Assembly: GCA_963656505.1 (NCBI GenBank) | Contig: CAVKJM010000002.1 | Span: forward strand, 1-60,657 | Direction of reading: 5' to 3' | DNA: 60,657 nt | DNA from: a bacterium | GTDB taxonomy: Bacteria; Pseudomonadota; Gammaproteobacteria; Burkholderiales; Burkholderiaceae_F | Shown: piece by piece, positions 21,968-32,823 of the stretch | Numbering within the stretch: position 1 is the stretch's first letter | Layout of the letters: every line of letters begins with the position of its first letter | Notes under the pieces: generated by a model | Seen by the model: the letters and a program-made list of their open reading frames with translations, nothing else | Databases searched by the model: none | What the model was told of the DNA's origin: nothing | Position numbers and translations under genes: made by a program

Positions 21968-21996
21968 TTGACAACCAACAAGGTGCGTGTCATAAT
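21968..21996 (+). promoter_or_regulatory. Sigma70 promoter of rplU-rpmA
   Basis: TTGACA-17 nt-CATAAT followed by a GC-rich discriminator GCGCAC. Confidence 0.8.
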
Positions 21997-22121
21997 GCGC
22001 ACCTTTCCACGCAAGTGAGAAATCGGCGCGAGCCCTTTAAAGGCCAACGCTTTTCTTAGAACAAAAAGGCTTCGTCTACCGAAAAAGTTCGGGCGCGAGG
22101 CGATGCGAGGTATTTAAAACT

Positions 22122-22436
22122 ATGTATGCAATTTTCAAAGCTGGCGGCAAACAGTACCGTGTTAGCGTCGGCGATACAGTGAGAGTTGAGACAATCAGCG
22201 CCGAAGTCGGTGCTCAGGTTGCTCTCGATCAGGTTCTCGCGGTCAGTGATGACGCAGGACTTAAGGTTGGAACCCCCGTTGTTGCGGGCGCACAAGTTGT
22301 TGCAACAGTTGTTGCTCACGGCCGCGCAGACAAGGTTCGCATTTTCAAGTTCCGTCGTCGTAAGCACTCGATGAAGAGTGGCGGACATCGTCAGAACTAC
22401 ACAGAGCTCAAGATCGATGAGATCAAGGCGGCCTAA
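22122..22436 (+). CDS. rplU: 50S ribosomal protein L21
   Basis: '[14 protein letters not shown]', 'GHRQNYT'. Confidence 0.99.
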   Translation: MYAIFKAGGKQYRVSVGDTVRVETISAEVGAQVALDQVLAVSDDAGLKVGTPVVAGAQVVATVVAHGRADKVRIFKFRRRKHSMKSGGHRQNYTELKIDEIKAA

Positions 22437-22468
22437 TTCAGTAACGTTAGCGAAGAGGATAAGACAAA

Positions 22469-22732
22469 ATGGCACATAAAAAAGGTGGCGGCTCAACCCG
22501 CAACGGTCGCGATTCCCAAGCTCAACGTTTGGGCGTGAAGGTTTTTGGTAATGCAATGGTTAGCGCTGGCAACATTATTGTTCGCCAACGCGGCACACAG
22601 TTCCATGCGGGCGATAACGTCGGTATGGGACGTGACCACACGCTTTTTGCGAAGGTCGATGGAACAGTTGCTTTTGAAGTCAAAGGCAAGCGTAACCATC
22701 AGTTTGTGAAGGTTGTCCCGTTCGCAGCGTAA
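22469..22732 (+). CDS. rpmA: 50S ribosomal protein L27
   Basis: '[21 protein letters not shown]'. Confidence 0.99.
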   Translation: MAHKKGGGSTRNGRDSQAQRLGVKVFGNAMVSAGNIIVRQRGTQFHAGDNVGMGRDHTLFAKVDGTVAFEVKGKRNHQFVKVVPFAA

Positions 22733-22786
22733 TTCGCGCGCGACGAAAAATCTTCATAACAAAACCGAGAGGCCCCGCGCGCTTAG

Positions 22787-23935
<1,149 letters not shown>

Positions 23936-23940
23936 CGCTC

Positions 23941-25065
23941 ATGACAGAGTCTGTTTTAAAGAATGCTCGCCGCGTTGTCATTAAGGTCGGAAGCGCCCTC
24001 GTCACAAATGACGGCAGGGGACTAGACCGCACAGCGATTGCTACTTGGGCTCGCCAAATCGCTTCCTTACAAAAGGAAGGGAAAGAAGTTATCTTTGTGA
24101 GTTCGGGTGCGATTGCAGAAGGTGTTTTACGCTTAGGCTGGGAAAAGCGGCCAAGCGCTGTTTCGCAATTGCAGGCAGCCGCTGCCGTGGGACAGATGGG
24201 ACTTGCCCAAGCCTATGAAGAAAGTTTTTCTTCTTATGGGATTAAAACAGCTCAGATTCTTTTAACGCATGCCGATTTAGCCGATCGTGAAAGGTATCTT
24301 AATGCCAGGGCCACATTAACCGAACTAACAGCGCTCGGCGTGGTTCCTGTGATTAACGAAAACGATACGGTGATTACAGACGAAATCAAAGTGGGCGATA
24401 ACGATACGTTGGGCGCCTTAGTCACGAACCTCGTTTTAGCCGACGTTTTGGTAATCCTCACAGACCAAAAGGGACTCTATACCGCAGATCCAAGAAAAGA
24501 CCCAACAGCCACATTTGTTGCCACAGCGCGCGCTGGCGACCCAGCGCTCGAAAAAATGGCAGGGGGCGCAGCTAGCGCTCTATCCAAAGGCGGCATGATT
24601 ACCAAAATTCTTGCTGCCAAACGCGCCGCTCGATCGGGGGCTGCAACCATTATCGTTTCTGGCCGTGAAAAAGATGTCTTAATCCGTATGGCAGCAGGAG
24701 AAGCTCTTGGCACCGAGCTCTTAAGTGAAAATGTTCCGATGCACGCAAGAGAAAAATGGATTGCCGATCACTTGCGTAGTGACGGGGCTGTTGTTGTTGA
24801 CGCTGGAGCAGAAAAAGCGCTCTGCGAACGCCACACAAGCTTACTTCCTGTTGGTGTGAAATCGGTGTTAGGGGAATTCTTACGGGGCGATGTGATTTCG
24901 TGCTTAAATGCCGAAGGAAAAGAAATTGCCCGAGGGATTGCTAATTACTCTTCGGGCGAAGTGCGTCAAATCGTTGGTGTGCGCTCCGAAGATATCGGAG
25001 AAATCTTGGGCGTTGTGGCGCACCCCGAAGTTATTCACAAAGATAATCTCACGCTTGTAGGCTAA
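23941..25065 (+). CDS. proB: Glutamate 5-kinase with PUA domain
   Basis: 'KVGS', 'INENDTV', 'GDND', 'GGMITK'; follows obgE. Confidence 0.97.
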   Translation: MTESVLKNARRVVIKVGSALVTNDGRGLDRTAIATWARQIASLQKEGKEVIFVSSGAIAEGVLRLGWEKRPSAVSQLQAAAAVGQMGLAQAYEESFSSYGIKTAQILLTHADLADRERYLNARATLTELTALGVVPVINENDTVITDEIKVGDNDTLGALVTNLVLADVLVILTDQKGLYTADPRKDPTATFVATARAGDPALEKMAGGAASALSKGGMITKILAAKRAARSGAATIIVSGREKDVLIRMAAGEALGTELLSENVPMHAREKWIADHLRSDGAVVVDAGAEKALCERHTSLLPVGVKSVLGEFLRGDVISCLNAEGKEIARGIANYSSGEVRQIVGVRSEDIGEILGVVAHPEVIHKDNLTLVG

Positions 25066-25069
25066 AGAA

Positions 25070-25474
25070 ATGACGAATCAATTTAAAAACCTCATTTTTA
25101 AAAACGACGCGCTTTACGACGGGTTTGTTTCTAGTGGCAGAATGATTTGCCACATCAAAAAGGGCATTTTCTACAAAGGGTCAGTTACGACTTCGCGCAA
25201 TGCGGTTGCTCTTATTAAAGACGGAAAGATTTACGATGGGGATATGCCAAGTTCTCGGAACCTGAAGGGCTTTCAGAAAGATAACTTTGTTTACGCTGGA
25301 AGTATGCCTTCGTCGCGAGCCATTGTTCTTATGGAAAAGGACGCCACGCTTTATCTAGGTAGTGTCAAACGGTCTTCAGCTGAACTCGATCGCATTAAGG
25401 GAACTGAAGATATGGATTTAGCGACATACGCCGCGTTAATCCACTACTTTATTACTCCGATTTTGAATCTTTAG
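25070..25474 (+). CDS. Hypothetical protein with five ~20-aa tandem repeats
   Basis: Repeat consensus K-D-x-x-h-Y-x-G-x-x-x-S-S-R seen five times. Confidence 0.75.
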   Translation: MTNQFKNLIFKNDALYDGFVSSGRMICHIKKGIFYKGSVTTSRNAVALIKDGKIYDGDMPSSRNLKGFQKDNFVYAGSMPSSRAIVLMEKDATLYLGSVKRSSAELDRIKGTEDMDLATYAALIHYFITPILNL

Positions 25475-25480
25475 CCTTAC

Positions 25481-25945
25481 ATGCGAAAAGACGCCACATT
25501 AAGCGAAGATCGGCTCTATCGATATCGCCTTTTTCGTGAGTGGGATACGGAAAAACCAACAGTCCTTTTTATTGGACTTAACCCATCGACGGCCGATGAA
25601 AACGAGAACGATGCCACAATTCGGCGTTGCATCGGATTTGCAAAGCGCTGTGGTTTTGGTGCGATTCTTGTGGGAAATCTTTTTGCAATTCGCTCGAAAA
25701 ATCCAGCGATTTTCTATAGCGCGCAAGACCCCGTCGGTCCTGAAAACGACGCAACTCTTTTAAAGATGGCGCAAGAGGCCTCTTTGATTGTTGCCGCGTG
25801 GGGTAACGACGGCGGATTTCGCAATCGCTCAGCAGAGGTCAAAAAACTTTTTCCCAATATGAAGTGCCTCGGGAAAAACAAAACGGGCGAACCTAAGCAC
25901 CCGTTATATGTTCCTTACGATCAAGAGCTTGTGGACTTAAGTTAA
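25481..25945 (+). CDS. DUF1643 family protein
   Basis: 'YRYRLFREW', 'FIGLNPSTAD', 'D.TIRRC..FA', 'NLFA', 'AAWG', 'HPLY'. Confidence 0.88.
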   Translation: MRKDATLSEDRLYRYRLFREWDTEKPTVLFIGLNPSTADENENDATIRRCIGFAKRCGFGAILVGNLFAIRSKNPAIFYSAQDPVGPENDATLLKMAQEASLIVAAWGNDGGFRNRSAEVKKLFPNMKCLGKNKTGEPKHPLYVPYDQELVDLS

Positions 25946-26412
25946 GAACCACCTGCGTAGCCATTTTGCCGCCACGCTTCAAAAACTGTGATGGCTACGG
26001 CATTGCTTAAATTAAGCGAGCGATTCTCAGGCGCCATCGGAAGCCGAATCCGTTGCGTGGCAGGAAAGGAATTGCGAATCTCATCTGGAAGGCCGTGACC
26101 TTCGCTACCGAAAACCAACCAGTCGTCAGGCAAAAATTTCATCGTTGAAAAGATGCTCGAACCCTTCGTTGTCATGGCAAACATGCGCGAGAAATCGGGG
26201 TGGGCTTCTTCTAAAAACGCTTCCCAACTTTTGTGCACAGTCATCGTGGTCATCTCGTGGTAATCAAGACCGGCACGAATAAGGTGTTTATCGTCAACGG
26301 AAAACCCTAAGGGTTCCACAAGGTGCAATTTGCAACCTGTGTTTGCGCACAAACGAATGACATTTCCCGTGTTTGGCGGGATCTCAGGATATACAAGAAC
26401 AACGTTAAACAT
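25942..26412 (-). CDS. trmL: tRNA (cytidine/uridine-34 2'-O)-methyltransferase
   Basis: 'PEIPPNTGNVIRLCAN', 'RAGLDY', 'FGSEGHGL', 'RSLNLSN'; start at MFNVV. Confidence 0.96.
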   Translation of the reverse strand: MFNVVLVYPEIPPNTGNVIRLCANTGCKLHLVEPLGFSVDDKHLIRAGLDYHEMTTMTVHKSWEAFLEEAHPDFSRMFAMTTKGSSIFSTMKFLPDDWLVFGSEGHGLPDEIRNSFPATQRIRLPMAPENRSLNLSNAVAITVFEAWRQNGYAGGS

Positions 26413-27391
26413 CGATAGTTTCTGAAGTGGGTTTGCTAGTTTTGCCCGAGAGCATACTCTCACGCATCTTCGCTAGCGCTTTCTTTTCAATTTGACGAAT
26501 GCGTTCGGAGGAAACTCCGAGTTCTTTCGCGAGTTCCTGAAGCGTCATCGGCGTGGTATTTCCATCAGCGTCTTCGGCAAGCCACCGAGCTTCGATAACG
26601 CGACGAGAGCGGGGATCCAAACTTGCGAGCGCTTCTTTGAGTTTGGCTTTGGTGTGGCTTTCTGTATCTTTTTGCTCGACTTCTTCTAGTGGCGTTGGCT
26701 CCTCGCTAGCAAGATAGTCTTCAGGCGCGAAATCGGTTTCTTCGTTTTCGTTTGATGTCCCTTCCATCGAGAGGTCCGCGCCTCCCATGCGCTGCTCCAT
26801 CTCGAAAACTTCTTCGGGTTTCACATCAAGCGTCTGAGCGATTTCTTTTGCCTCTGGTGTCGTAAGCGACTTATCGCTTGCCTTCATCTGCCGCAAATTA
26901 AAGAAAAGCTTTCTCTGATTCTTTGTTGTCGCAACTTTCACTAAGCGCCAATTGCGCACAACGTAATCTTGAATTTCCGCGCGAATCCAGTGCACAGCAA
27001 AACTCATCAAACGTACGCCTTTATCCGGATCGTAATGTTTGACAGCCTTCATAAGGCCAATGTTTCCTTCTTGAATAAGGTCGGCGTGAGGTAGCCCATA
27101 ACCCAAGTAGCCACGCGCCACAGAAACCACGAGACGCAAGTGACTCAAAATCAGTTTCTGAGCCGCGGTTAAATCGTTTTTGTCGCGAAGTTGGACAGCA
27201 AGGGAGTGTTCTTCTTCGGCTGTAAGCACGGGAGCCGCGTTAGCAGCACGAATATAGGCATCAATGTCGCCTAGGCTAGGCGGCAAGAGCGCCGGAACAT
27301 TGGCGCGATAGGGCACAAGAGCAGCACTAGAGGAGGGCTTTGCGGCCTTACTCTCGAGACTTTTCTTATTTGCAATCGCTTCAGAACTCAT
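26405..27391 (-). CDS. rpoH: RNA polymerase sigma-32 factor
   Basis: 'DLIQEGNIGLMKAV', RpoH box 'QRKLFFNLR', 'SERIRQIE'; after ftsX. Confidence 0.97.
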   Translation of the reverse strand: MSSEAIANKKSLESKAAKPSSSAALVPYRANVPALLPPSLGDIDAYIRAANAAPVLTAEEEHSLAVQLRDKNDLTAAQKLILSHLRLVVSVARGYLGYGLPHADLIQEGNIGLMKAVKHYDPDKGVRLMSFAVHWIRAEIQDYVVRNWRLVKVATTKNQRKLFFNLRQMKASDKSLTTPEAKEIAQTLDVKPEEVFEMEQRMGGADLSMEGTSNENEETDFAPEDYLASEEPTPLEEVEQKDTESHTKAKLKEALASLDPRSRRVIEARWLAEDADGNTTPMTLQELAKELGVSSERIRQIEKKALAKMRESMLSGKTSKPTSETIDV

Positions 27392-27441
27392 AGAACGTGC
27401 ACTCTATCACGGACGACTGAATCCAAATTGAAAAAATCGTA

Positions 27442-28344
27442 TCAGATTGTGCTCTCGCGCTTTAAAGCCTCTCGCGTCGCTAAGTCTCCAACGATGGCCC
27501 CTAAACACGCGGCTAAAAATACAAAGAGAGCGCAATAGGGAATATCGGGCATCGCAGGTTGCAGACTAATCGAATACAAAGCAGCAAAGTTTGCAAGGGG
27601 CTCGGCAAGTAAGCCAATCCCGAGACGCGTGACAGCGAGGCTTACAAGCGCTGCGCTCCCAAGCGTAATAAATCCACGCCAAATATATGGGCGTTTAATA
27701 AAACTCGGGTAGGCACCAAAAAGGTGAAGCGCACGAATCTCAGCCATACGAGCCGCTGTTGTTAAGCGAACCGAGGCGGCAATCACAAGGAGTACCAAAA
27801 TGCAGACAATGACACCTAAGATTCCGGCGAAAATCGTCAGTGCCCTGACTAAAGCGCCCATATGTAGCGCCCACTTATCGTCATAGGCCACAGAATCGAC
27901 TTCAGGGAGTTTCTCGATAGCGGTAGCGAGAGCCTTAATTTGCGCACTTGTCGCCGTTTTCTTACAGGTCGCAATCACAAGGTCTGGCAGGGGATTAGAT
28001 TTTGTTTGCTTGGATTGAATACCGAGACTTGCGTTAACGGATGCAAGCGCCTCCTTTTTCGGGATGATGCGTACGCTATCGACAGCAGGAGACGAGGCAA
28101 TCTTTTGAGAAAGCGATTGGATGGTTTTGTCCCCAGCGCTGCGTTGCGCAAAAACGGTGATTTCGGTAACAAGCGCTACAGAAGAGAGGGGTTGCGAAAG
28201 GGACCACGCTAGAGTTCCTAAGAAAAGCGGAATGCTTAATGTGAAACCGGCGAGCGCTAACGCTAAAGAAAACTGCCCGAAAGCGCCAAAGATGCCGCGC
28301 ATCGTACGAGAAAAAGCCCAACGCCATGCAGGAAGTACACTCAT
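27442..28344 (-). CDS. ftsX: Cell division permease FtsX
   Basis: Four-TM layout, 'NPLPD', 'EI..L.L.GA...FI.RP'; ATGA overlap with ftsE. Confidence 0.88.
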   Translation of the reverse strand: MSVLPAWRWAFSRTMRGIFGAFGQFSLALALAGFTLSIPLFLGTLAWSLSQPLSSVALVTEITVFAQRSAGDKTIQSLSQKIASSPAVDSVRIIPKKEALASVNASLGIQSKQTKSNPLPDLVIATCKKTATSAQIKALATAIEKLPEVDSVAYDDKWALHMGALVRALTIFAGILGVIVCILVLLVIAASVRLTTAARMAEIRALHLFGAYPSFIKRPYIWRGFITLGSAALVSLAVTRLGIGLLAEPLANFAALYSISLQPAMPDIPYCALFVFLAACLGAIVGDLATREALKRESTI

Positions 28345-29006
28345 CGTGAAAGCCCTCCTGGAGCAAGTTGAATGGCTCGACACGCAACCGAACTCGGTGC
28401 AAGCTCAAGGTGCGAGGCAAGGATAATCGCGACCCCATACAAAGAAAAGTTTCCAAGTAGATCCATGAGGTTTTGTGCGTTATCCACATCAAGGTTAGCC
28501 GCGGGTTCATCGGCCAAAATCAAAACAGGATGATTAACAACGGCGCGCGCGAGGCACGCGAGCTGCTTTTCTCCAGCGGAAAGCTTACTAGGTAAAAGGC
28601 TCGCAAGCTTAGTAATTCTGCATTTATCCAAAGCGGCTTCTGCGCGGTGCCGAGCCTCTTTGTAGGATTCTCCAGCGGCAATCGTCGGGAGCATCACATT
28701 CTCTAAGATGGTGCAGTCTTCAAGTAAAAGACCACCTTGGACCATGATGCCCATCGTGCGGCGCATCCACAAAAGTTGCTTTTCACTAAAGTCGTTAATG
28801 AGTTCGCCTGCGATGCGAACTTCGCCCGAGGAGGGGCGTACGAGGCCAGCGATAAGGCGAAGTGCAAGAGATTTGCCTGATCCCGTGGGTCCGTGCAAAG
28901 AGACAAACTCGCCTCGCGTCACATTGAAATTTAATGGCGGAATAGGGCGCACGTCTGGAAATTCACAGACCGCATTAACTAATTCAACAAGTGGTGCGTT
29001 AATCAC
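28341..29006 (-). CDS. ftsE: Cell division ATP-binding protein FtsE (divergent)
   Basis: 'GPTGSGKS', 'LSAGEKQ', 'ILADEP'; lies between ftsY and ftsX. Confidence 0.88.
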   Translation of the reverse strand: MINAPLVELVNAVCEFPDVRPIPPLNFNVTRGEFVSLHGPTGSGKSLALRLIAGLVRPSSGEVRIAGELINDFSEKQLLWMRRTMGIMVQGGLLLEDCTILENVMLPTIAAGESYKEARHRAEAALDKCRITKLASLLPSKLSAGEKQLACLARAVVNHPVLILADEPAANLDVDNAQNLMDLLGNFSLYGVAIILASHLELAPSSVACRAIQLAPGGLSR

Positions 29007-29926
29007 GCCTCAGTATCCTCATCAATTCCTAAAAGGGCATTGGCAAAATCTTTGGCGCAAAAGATTTGCAGGTCATCAATTTGTTCACCAACACCAACAA
29101 AATAAATCGGAAGGGGCTTTTCTTTTCTTTCTTCACAAAGCGCGAGTAAGACGCCGCCCTTGGCGCTGCCATCGAGTTTTGTGACAATTAATCCAGTTAG
29201 CCCTACAGCTTCATCAAAGGCCTTGACTTGCGCTAAGGCATTTTGCCCTGTGGTGCCATCGACAACAAGGATCACTTCGTGAGGAGCGCCTGCCAACGCT
29301 TTATCGGCTGCGCGACGGATGCGGCCGAGTTCAGCCATTAAGTGCGTCTGTGTCGGAAGGCGTCCTGCGGTATCGGCAATCGCGACATCGATTCCTCGAG
29401 AGGCAGCGGCGTGAATCGCATCAAAGGTCACAGCAGCGGGGTCTCCCCCTGTTTGTGCGATGACGTCAATTTTGTTTCTATCGCCCCACACATCAAGTTG
29501 CTCGCGCGCGGCGGCTCGGAATGTATCGCCTGCAGCGAGCAAAACGGTCTTATTTTGATTGGCAAGCCAGCGGGCAAGTTTTCCAATCGATGTGGTCTTT
29601 CCTGCGCCATTGACGCCAACCATCATCAAAACAAGGGGTTTTGCTTTTGTAATGTCGATGGCAACTTCCGCTTTTTTCAATCGCGTAACGATTTCATCTC
29701 GCAGCGCAAGACGCACTTCTTCTCTTGTGCGCAATCCTTTTAAGCGAACACAATCGCGTAAACGCTTTAATATGTCTGTCGTAGCTCGCACGCCAATATC
29801 GGCCGCAATCAAAGACTCTTCGAGTTCATCGAAAAAGTCTTCGTCGATGACTGCGCCCGAAAAAAGGCCAGCAAGATGAATACGGGAGCGTTCTAGCCCC
29901 TGTTTTAAACGCGAAAATAGACCCAT
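29003..29926 (-). CDS. ftsY: Signal recognition particle receptor FtsY (NG domain only)
   Basis: 'GVNGAGKTT', 'DTFRAAA', 'DTAGR', 'TKLDGSAKGG'; start at MGLFSRL. Confidence 0.97.
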   Translation of the reverse strand: MGLFSRLKQGLERSRIHLAGLFSGAVIDEDFFDELEESLIAADIGVRATTDILKRLRDCVRLKGLRTREEVRLALRDEIVTRLKKAEVAIDITKAKPLVLMMVGVNGAGKTTSIGKLARWLANQNKTVLLAAGDTFRAAAREQLDVWGDRNKIDVIAQTGGDPAAVTFDAIHAAASRGIDVAIADTAGRLPTQTHLMAELGRIRRAADKALAGAPHEVILVVDGTTGQNALAQVKAFDEAVGLTGLIVTKLDGSAKGGVLLALCEERKEKPLPIYFVGVGEQIDDLQIFCAKDFANALLGIDEDTEA

Positions 29927-29942
29927 TGACAATACAAAACCG

Positions 29943-30572
29943 ATGAAAAATTTAGCCAAAAATCGGCAGAAAAAATCCAACGCAAGTTTAGCAACCCGCA
30001 ACAAAGGCGAGGGGCTCGTTCGGATTGTAAGTGGGCTTTTTCGTCAAACCCCGATTAAGGTCTTAGAGATCGAAGGGCTTCGCCCCACACCCAATCGCGT
30101 CAGAGAAACGTTTTTCGATTGGCTTTTTCACTTTTTAGGCGGTTGCGCGGGAAAGTCGGTCTGCGATATGTTTGCTGGAAGCGGCGCCTTGGGGTTAGAG
30201 GCCGCAAGTCGCGGAGCCGCACGGGTCCTTTCTCTTGAGAAAAACCGGAAAGCAGCCCAAAGCATTAAAGAAGTTGTTGCCCGACTCCATGCGGAAGACT
30301 GCGTTACCGTGCTTTGCGCCGATGCCTTTAGTGTTTTAGAAAATAGCGACGAAGTTTTTGACGTTATTTTTATCGATCCTCCCTTTGCTAGCCACCTGCA
30401 GTTAAAGGCACTAGGTTTGGTAAGAAGCCACGTGCACGAAGGAAGTCTCGTATTTCTTGAAAGCGACACGGAAATTAAAGAAGAGGACTTTTTAGGGGCT
30501 CGATTTGCTCTTTTGCGTCAATCTAAAGCAGGAAATGAGTGGTTTTTTGTCCTAAAGCCCCTTTTTACGTAA
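29943..30572 (+). CDS. rsmD: 16S rRNA m2G966 methyltransferase
   Basis: 'LRPT..RVRET.F', 'DMFAGSGALGLEA.SRGA', 'DPPF'. Confidence 0.95.
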   Translation: MKNLAKNRQKKSNASLATRNKGEGLVRIVSGLFRQTPIKVLEIEGLRPTPNRVRETFFDWLFHFLGGCAGKSVCDMFAGSGALGLEAASRGAARVLSLEKNRKAAQSIKEVVARLHAEDCVTVLCADAFSVLENSDEVFDVIFIDPPFASHLQLKALGLVRSHVHEGSLVFLESDTEIKEEDFLGARFALLRQSKAGNEWFFVLKPLFT

Positions 30573-30603
30573 AATGGTTGTTTCTGAATGATTTGAGGAC
30601 GGC

Positions 30604-31095
30604 ATGACCAGTGCAGTTTTCCCGGGTACGTTCGATCCGATGACGTTGGGTCATATGGATATTTTGCGTCGGGCAGCTGGACTTTTCGATAGCGTAATTG
30701 TTGCTGTAGCCGAAAGCGAACAAAAGCATACGTGGCTGACGTTTCAAGAGCGCATTGATTTAACGCGAGAATTAACTTCTGATATTGCAGGAGTGCGCGT
30801 TGAAGGCTTTACGGGACTGCTACGGGATTTCGTTCTGAGTCAGGGCTCGCGCGTTGTCATCCGCGGCGTGCGATCGATTGAGGATTTTTCGGATGAATGC
30901 CAGATGGCGGGTATGAACCGCGTTCTGATGCCAGAGGTCGAGACCCTTCTGATGTTGTCCGACCCGAAGTATCAGTTCATCAAGAGCTCTTTAGTACGGG
31001 AGATTGTCAAAATGGGAGGCAGTGTGTCGGCCTTTTTAGCGCCGGCCGCGAGCAAAGCACTTGCGGCCAAGATTCGCTATGCGAATCACGTCTAG
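30604..31095 (+). CDS. coaD: Phosphopantetheine adenylyltransferase
   Basis: 'FPGTFDP.TLGH', 'RG.R...DF..E', 'SS.VRE'. Confidence 0.96.
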   Translation: MTSAVFPGTFDPMTLGHMDILRRAAGLFDSVIVAVAESEQKHTWLTFQERIDLTRELTSDIAGVRVEGFTGLLRDFVLSQGSRVVIRGVRSIEDFSDECQMAGMNRVLMPEVETLLMLSDPKYQFIKSSLVREIVKMGGSVSAFLAPAASKALAAKIRYANHV

Positions 31096-31161
31096 TAGCC
31101 ACGGTATGGGCTACCAATACCCCATTTTGAATAATCCTTTTTCCTTTATAAGAGAATAAAA

Positions 31162-32703
31162 ATGCAACCCTATGATGCGCAATGGCTCTCCATTGTCCCC
31201 CCGATTGTCGCTATCGGTTTGGCCCTGATAACAAAGGAAGTTTTCTCTAGTTTGTTTATCGGTATTTTGACAGGCACCTTGATTTACGCATGCGGCACTG
31301 GTGCCAATATTGTGATGGGAACGCTCGAAACGGCTTTTAAGTTGATGGGTTCCAAGCTCGATTTCGACATCATTATCTTCTGCTCACTTTTGGGCGCTTT
31401 GGTTTATATCCTGAATTTGTCTGGCGGCACCGTTGCCTACGGTCGTCTGGCATCGCGCGCGATTAAGTCTCGCCGTTCCTCTCTTTTATCCACAAGTGGC
31501 CTTGGGTTAGTGATCTTTATCGATGACTACTTTAGTTGCTTAACAGTGGGTACAGTGATGCGCCCGATGACTGACCTCTATAAGGTTAGCCGCGAAAAGC
31601 TCGCTTATATCATTGATGCAACTGCCGCCCCTTTGTGCATTATTGCGCCGGTTTCTTCGTGGGCAGCTGCGGTTGGCTCTTCTCTTAAGACCACGGGCGC
31701 CTTTGATAATGAATTAACCGCCTTCGTTTCCACAATTCCGTGGAACTTTTACGCCTTGCTTTCGCTTTTTATGGTCTGGTTCATTTGTTTTGGAAACCGT
31801 GACTTTGGACCGATGCGTCATGCAGAAATCCGTGCCTTGCGTGGCATCGTCAATGGAAGCGAAACCCAAGAAAGTAACGTCAAGGGCAATCCCCGTGGCA
31901 CTCCCTGGGACATGATTATTCCTTTGATTGCCTTGATGGGCTTTGCTGTGATGGGTTTGATGTATTCGGGCGGATACTGGGGAACCGATGCCGCGTACCG
32001 TGGTTCGTTCCAAGCCGCTTTGGGCAATAGTTCAGCCTCTCCTTCGCTTGTTTGGGCGAGTTTCGGTGCGCTTCTTGTTGCCTTTGTGATGTATGTGCCG
32101 CGTAAGCTCATTACCTTCACAGAATTCATGAACGGTATCGTCGAAGGCATCCGCTTGATGCTTCCTGCAAACCTTATCCTGATTTTGGCCTGGACGCTTT
32201 CTGGCGTTTGCCGCGATTTGCTTTGCACACCGCAATTTGTGCAAGCCATTGTTGTTCACTCGGGTATGAGCGCGATGCTTTTGCCGTTCTTTATCTTCGT
32301 GATCGCGGCGTTCCTTTCTTTCTCAACGGGAACCGCTTGGGGTACGTTTGGTATTTTGATTCCGATTGTCGTTCCGATTATCGTCGCTGTTGACCCGGCG
32401 TTAACAACAGTGTGCTTGTCGGCCACTCTTGCGGGCTCAGTCTTTGGAGACCACTGCTCGCCGATTTCTGATACGACGATTTTGGCTTCAGCCGGAGCCG
32501 GATGTAGTCATATTGCTCACGTGACAACACAGTTACCTTATGCGATGACGGTTGCTGTGTGCGCAGGTGTCGGCTACCTCGTTGCTGGTCTAACAGACGG
32601 GTCGCTCCTTTGGAGCTTGGGATCGGCTGTTGCCTTATTAGTTGCGACAATGATTTTCTTACATGCCCGTTCTTCGAAGTTAGAACCTGACGCGACGGTG
32701 TAA
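31162..32703 (+). CDS. NhaC-family transporter (Na+/H+ antiporter family, possibly amino-acid uptake)
   Basis: 'FIDDY', 'SREKLAYIID', 'GTAWGTFGI', 'FGDHCSPISDTT'. Confidence 0.9.
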   Translation: MQPYDAQWLSIVPPIVAIGLALITKEVFSSLFIGILTGTLIYACGTGANIVMGTLETAFKLMGSKLDFDIIIFCSLLGALVYILNLSGGTVAYGRLASRAIKSRRSSLLSTSGLGLVIFIDDYFSCLTVGTVMRPMTDLYKVSREKLAYIIDATAAPLCIIAPVSSWAAAVGSSLKTTGAFDNELTAFVSTIPWNFYALLSLFMVWFICFGNRDFGPMRHAEIRALRGIVNGSETQESNVKGNPRGTPWDMIIPLIALMGFAVMGLMYSGGYWGTDAAYRGSFQAALGNSSASPSLVWASFGALLVAFVMYVPRKLITFTEFMNGIVEGIRLMLPANLILILAWTLSGVCRDLLCTPQFVQAIVVHSGMSAMLLPFFIFVIAAFLSFSTGTAWGTFGILIPIVVPIIVAVDPALTTVCLSATLAGSVFGDHCSPISDTTILASAGAGCSHIAHVTTQLPYAMTVAVCAGVGYLVAGLTDGSLLWSLGSAVALLVATMIFLHARSSKLEPDATV

Positions 32704-32723
32704 GAAAAAAAGTGTGAACCTAG

Positions 32724-32765
32724 ATCAGATTCGTTTCGCTTTGAAACAAACGGGACGAATCTGAT
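32724..32765 (+). terminator. Long stem-loop after the NhaC gene
   Basis: ATCAGATTCGT...ACGAATCTGAT inverted repeat; no clear U-tail. Confidence 0.5.
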
Positions 32766-32823
32766 ACGTAATACGCTAGGAAAACAAGTAGAATCAGAGA
32801 ATCGTCGCCATCTAAGCCCAAGT

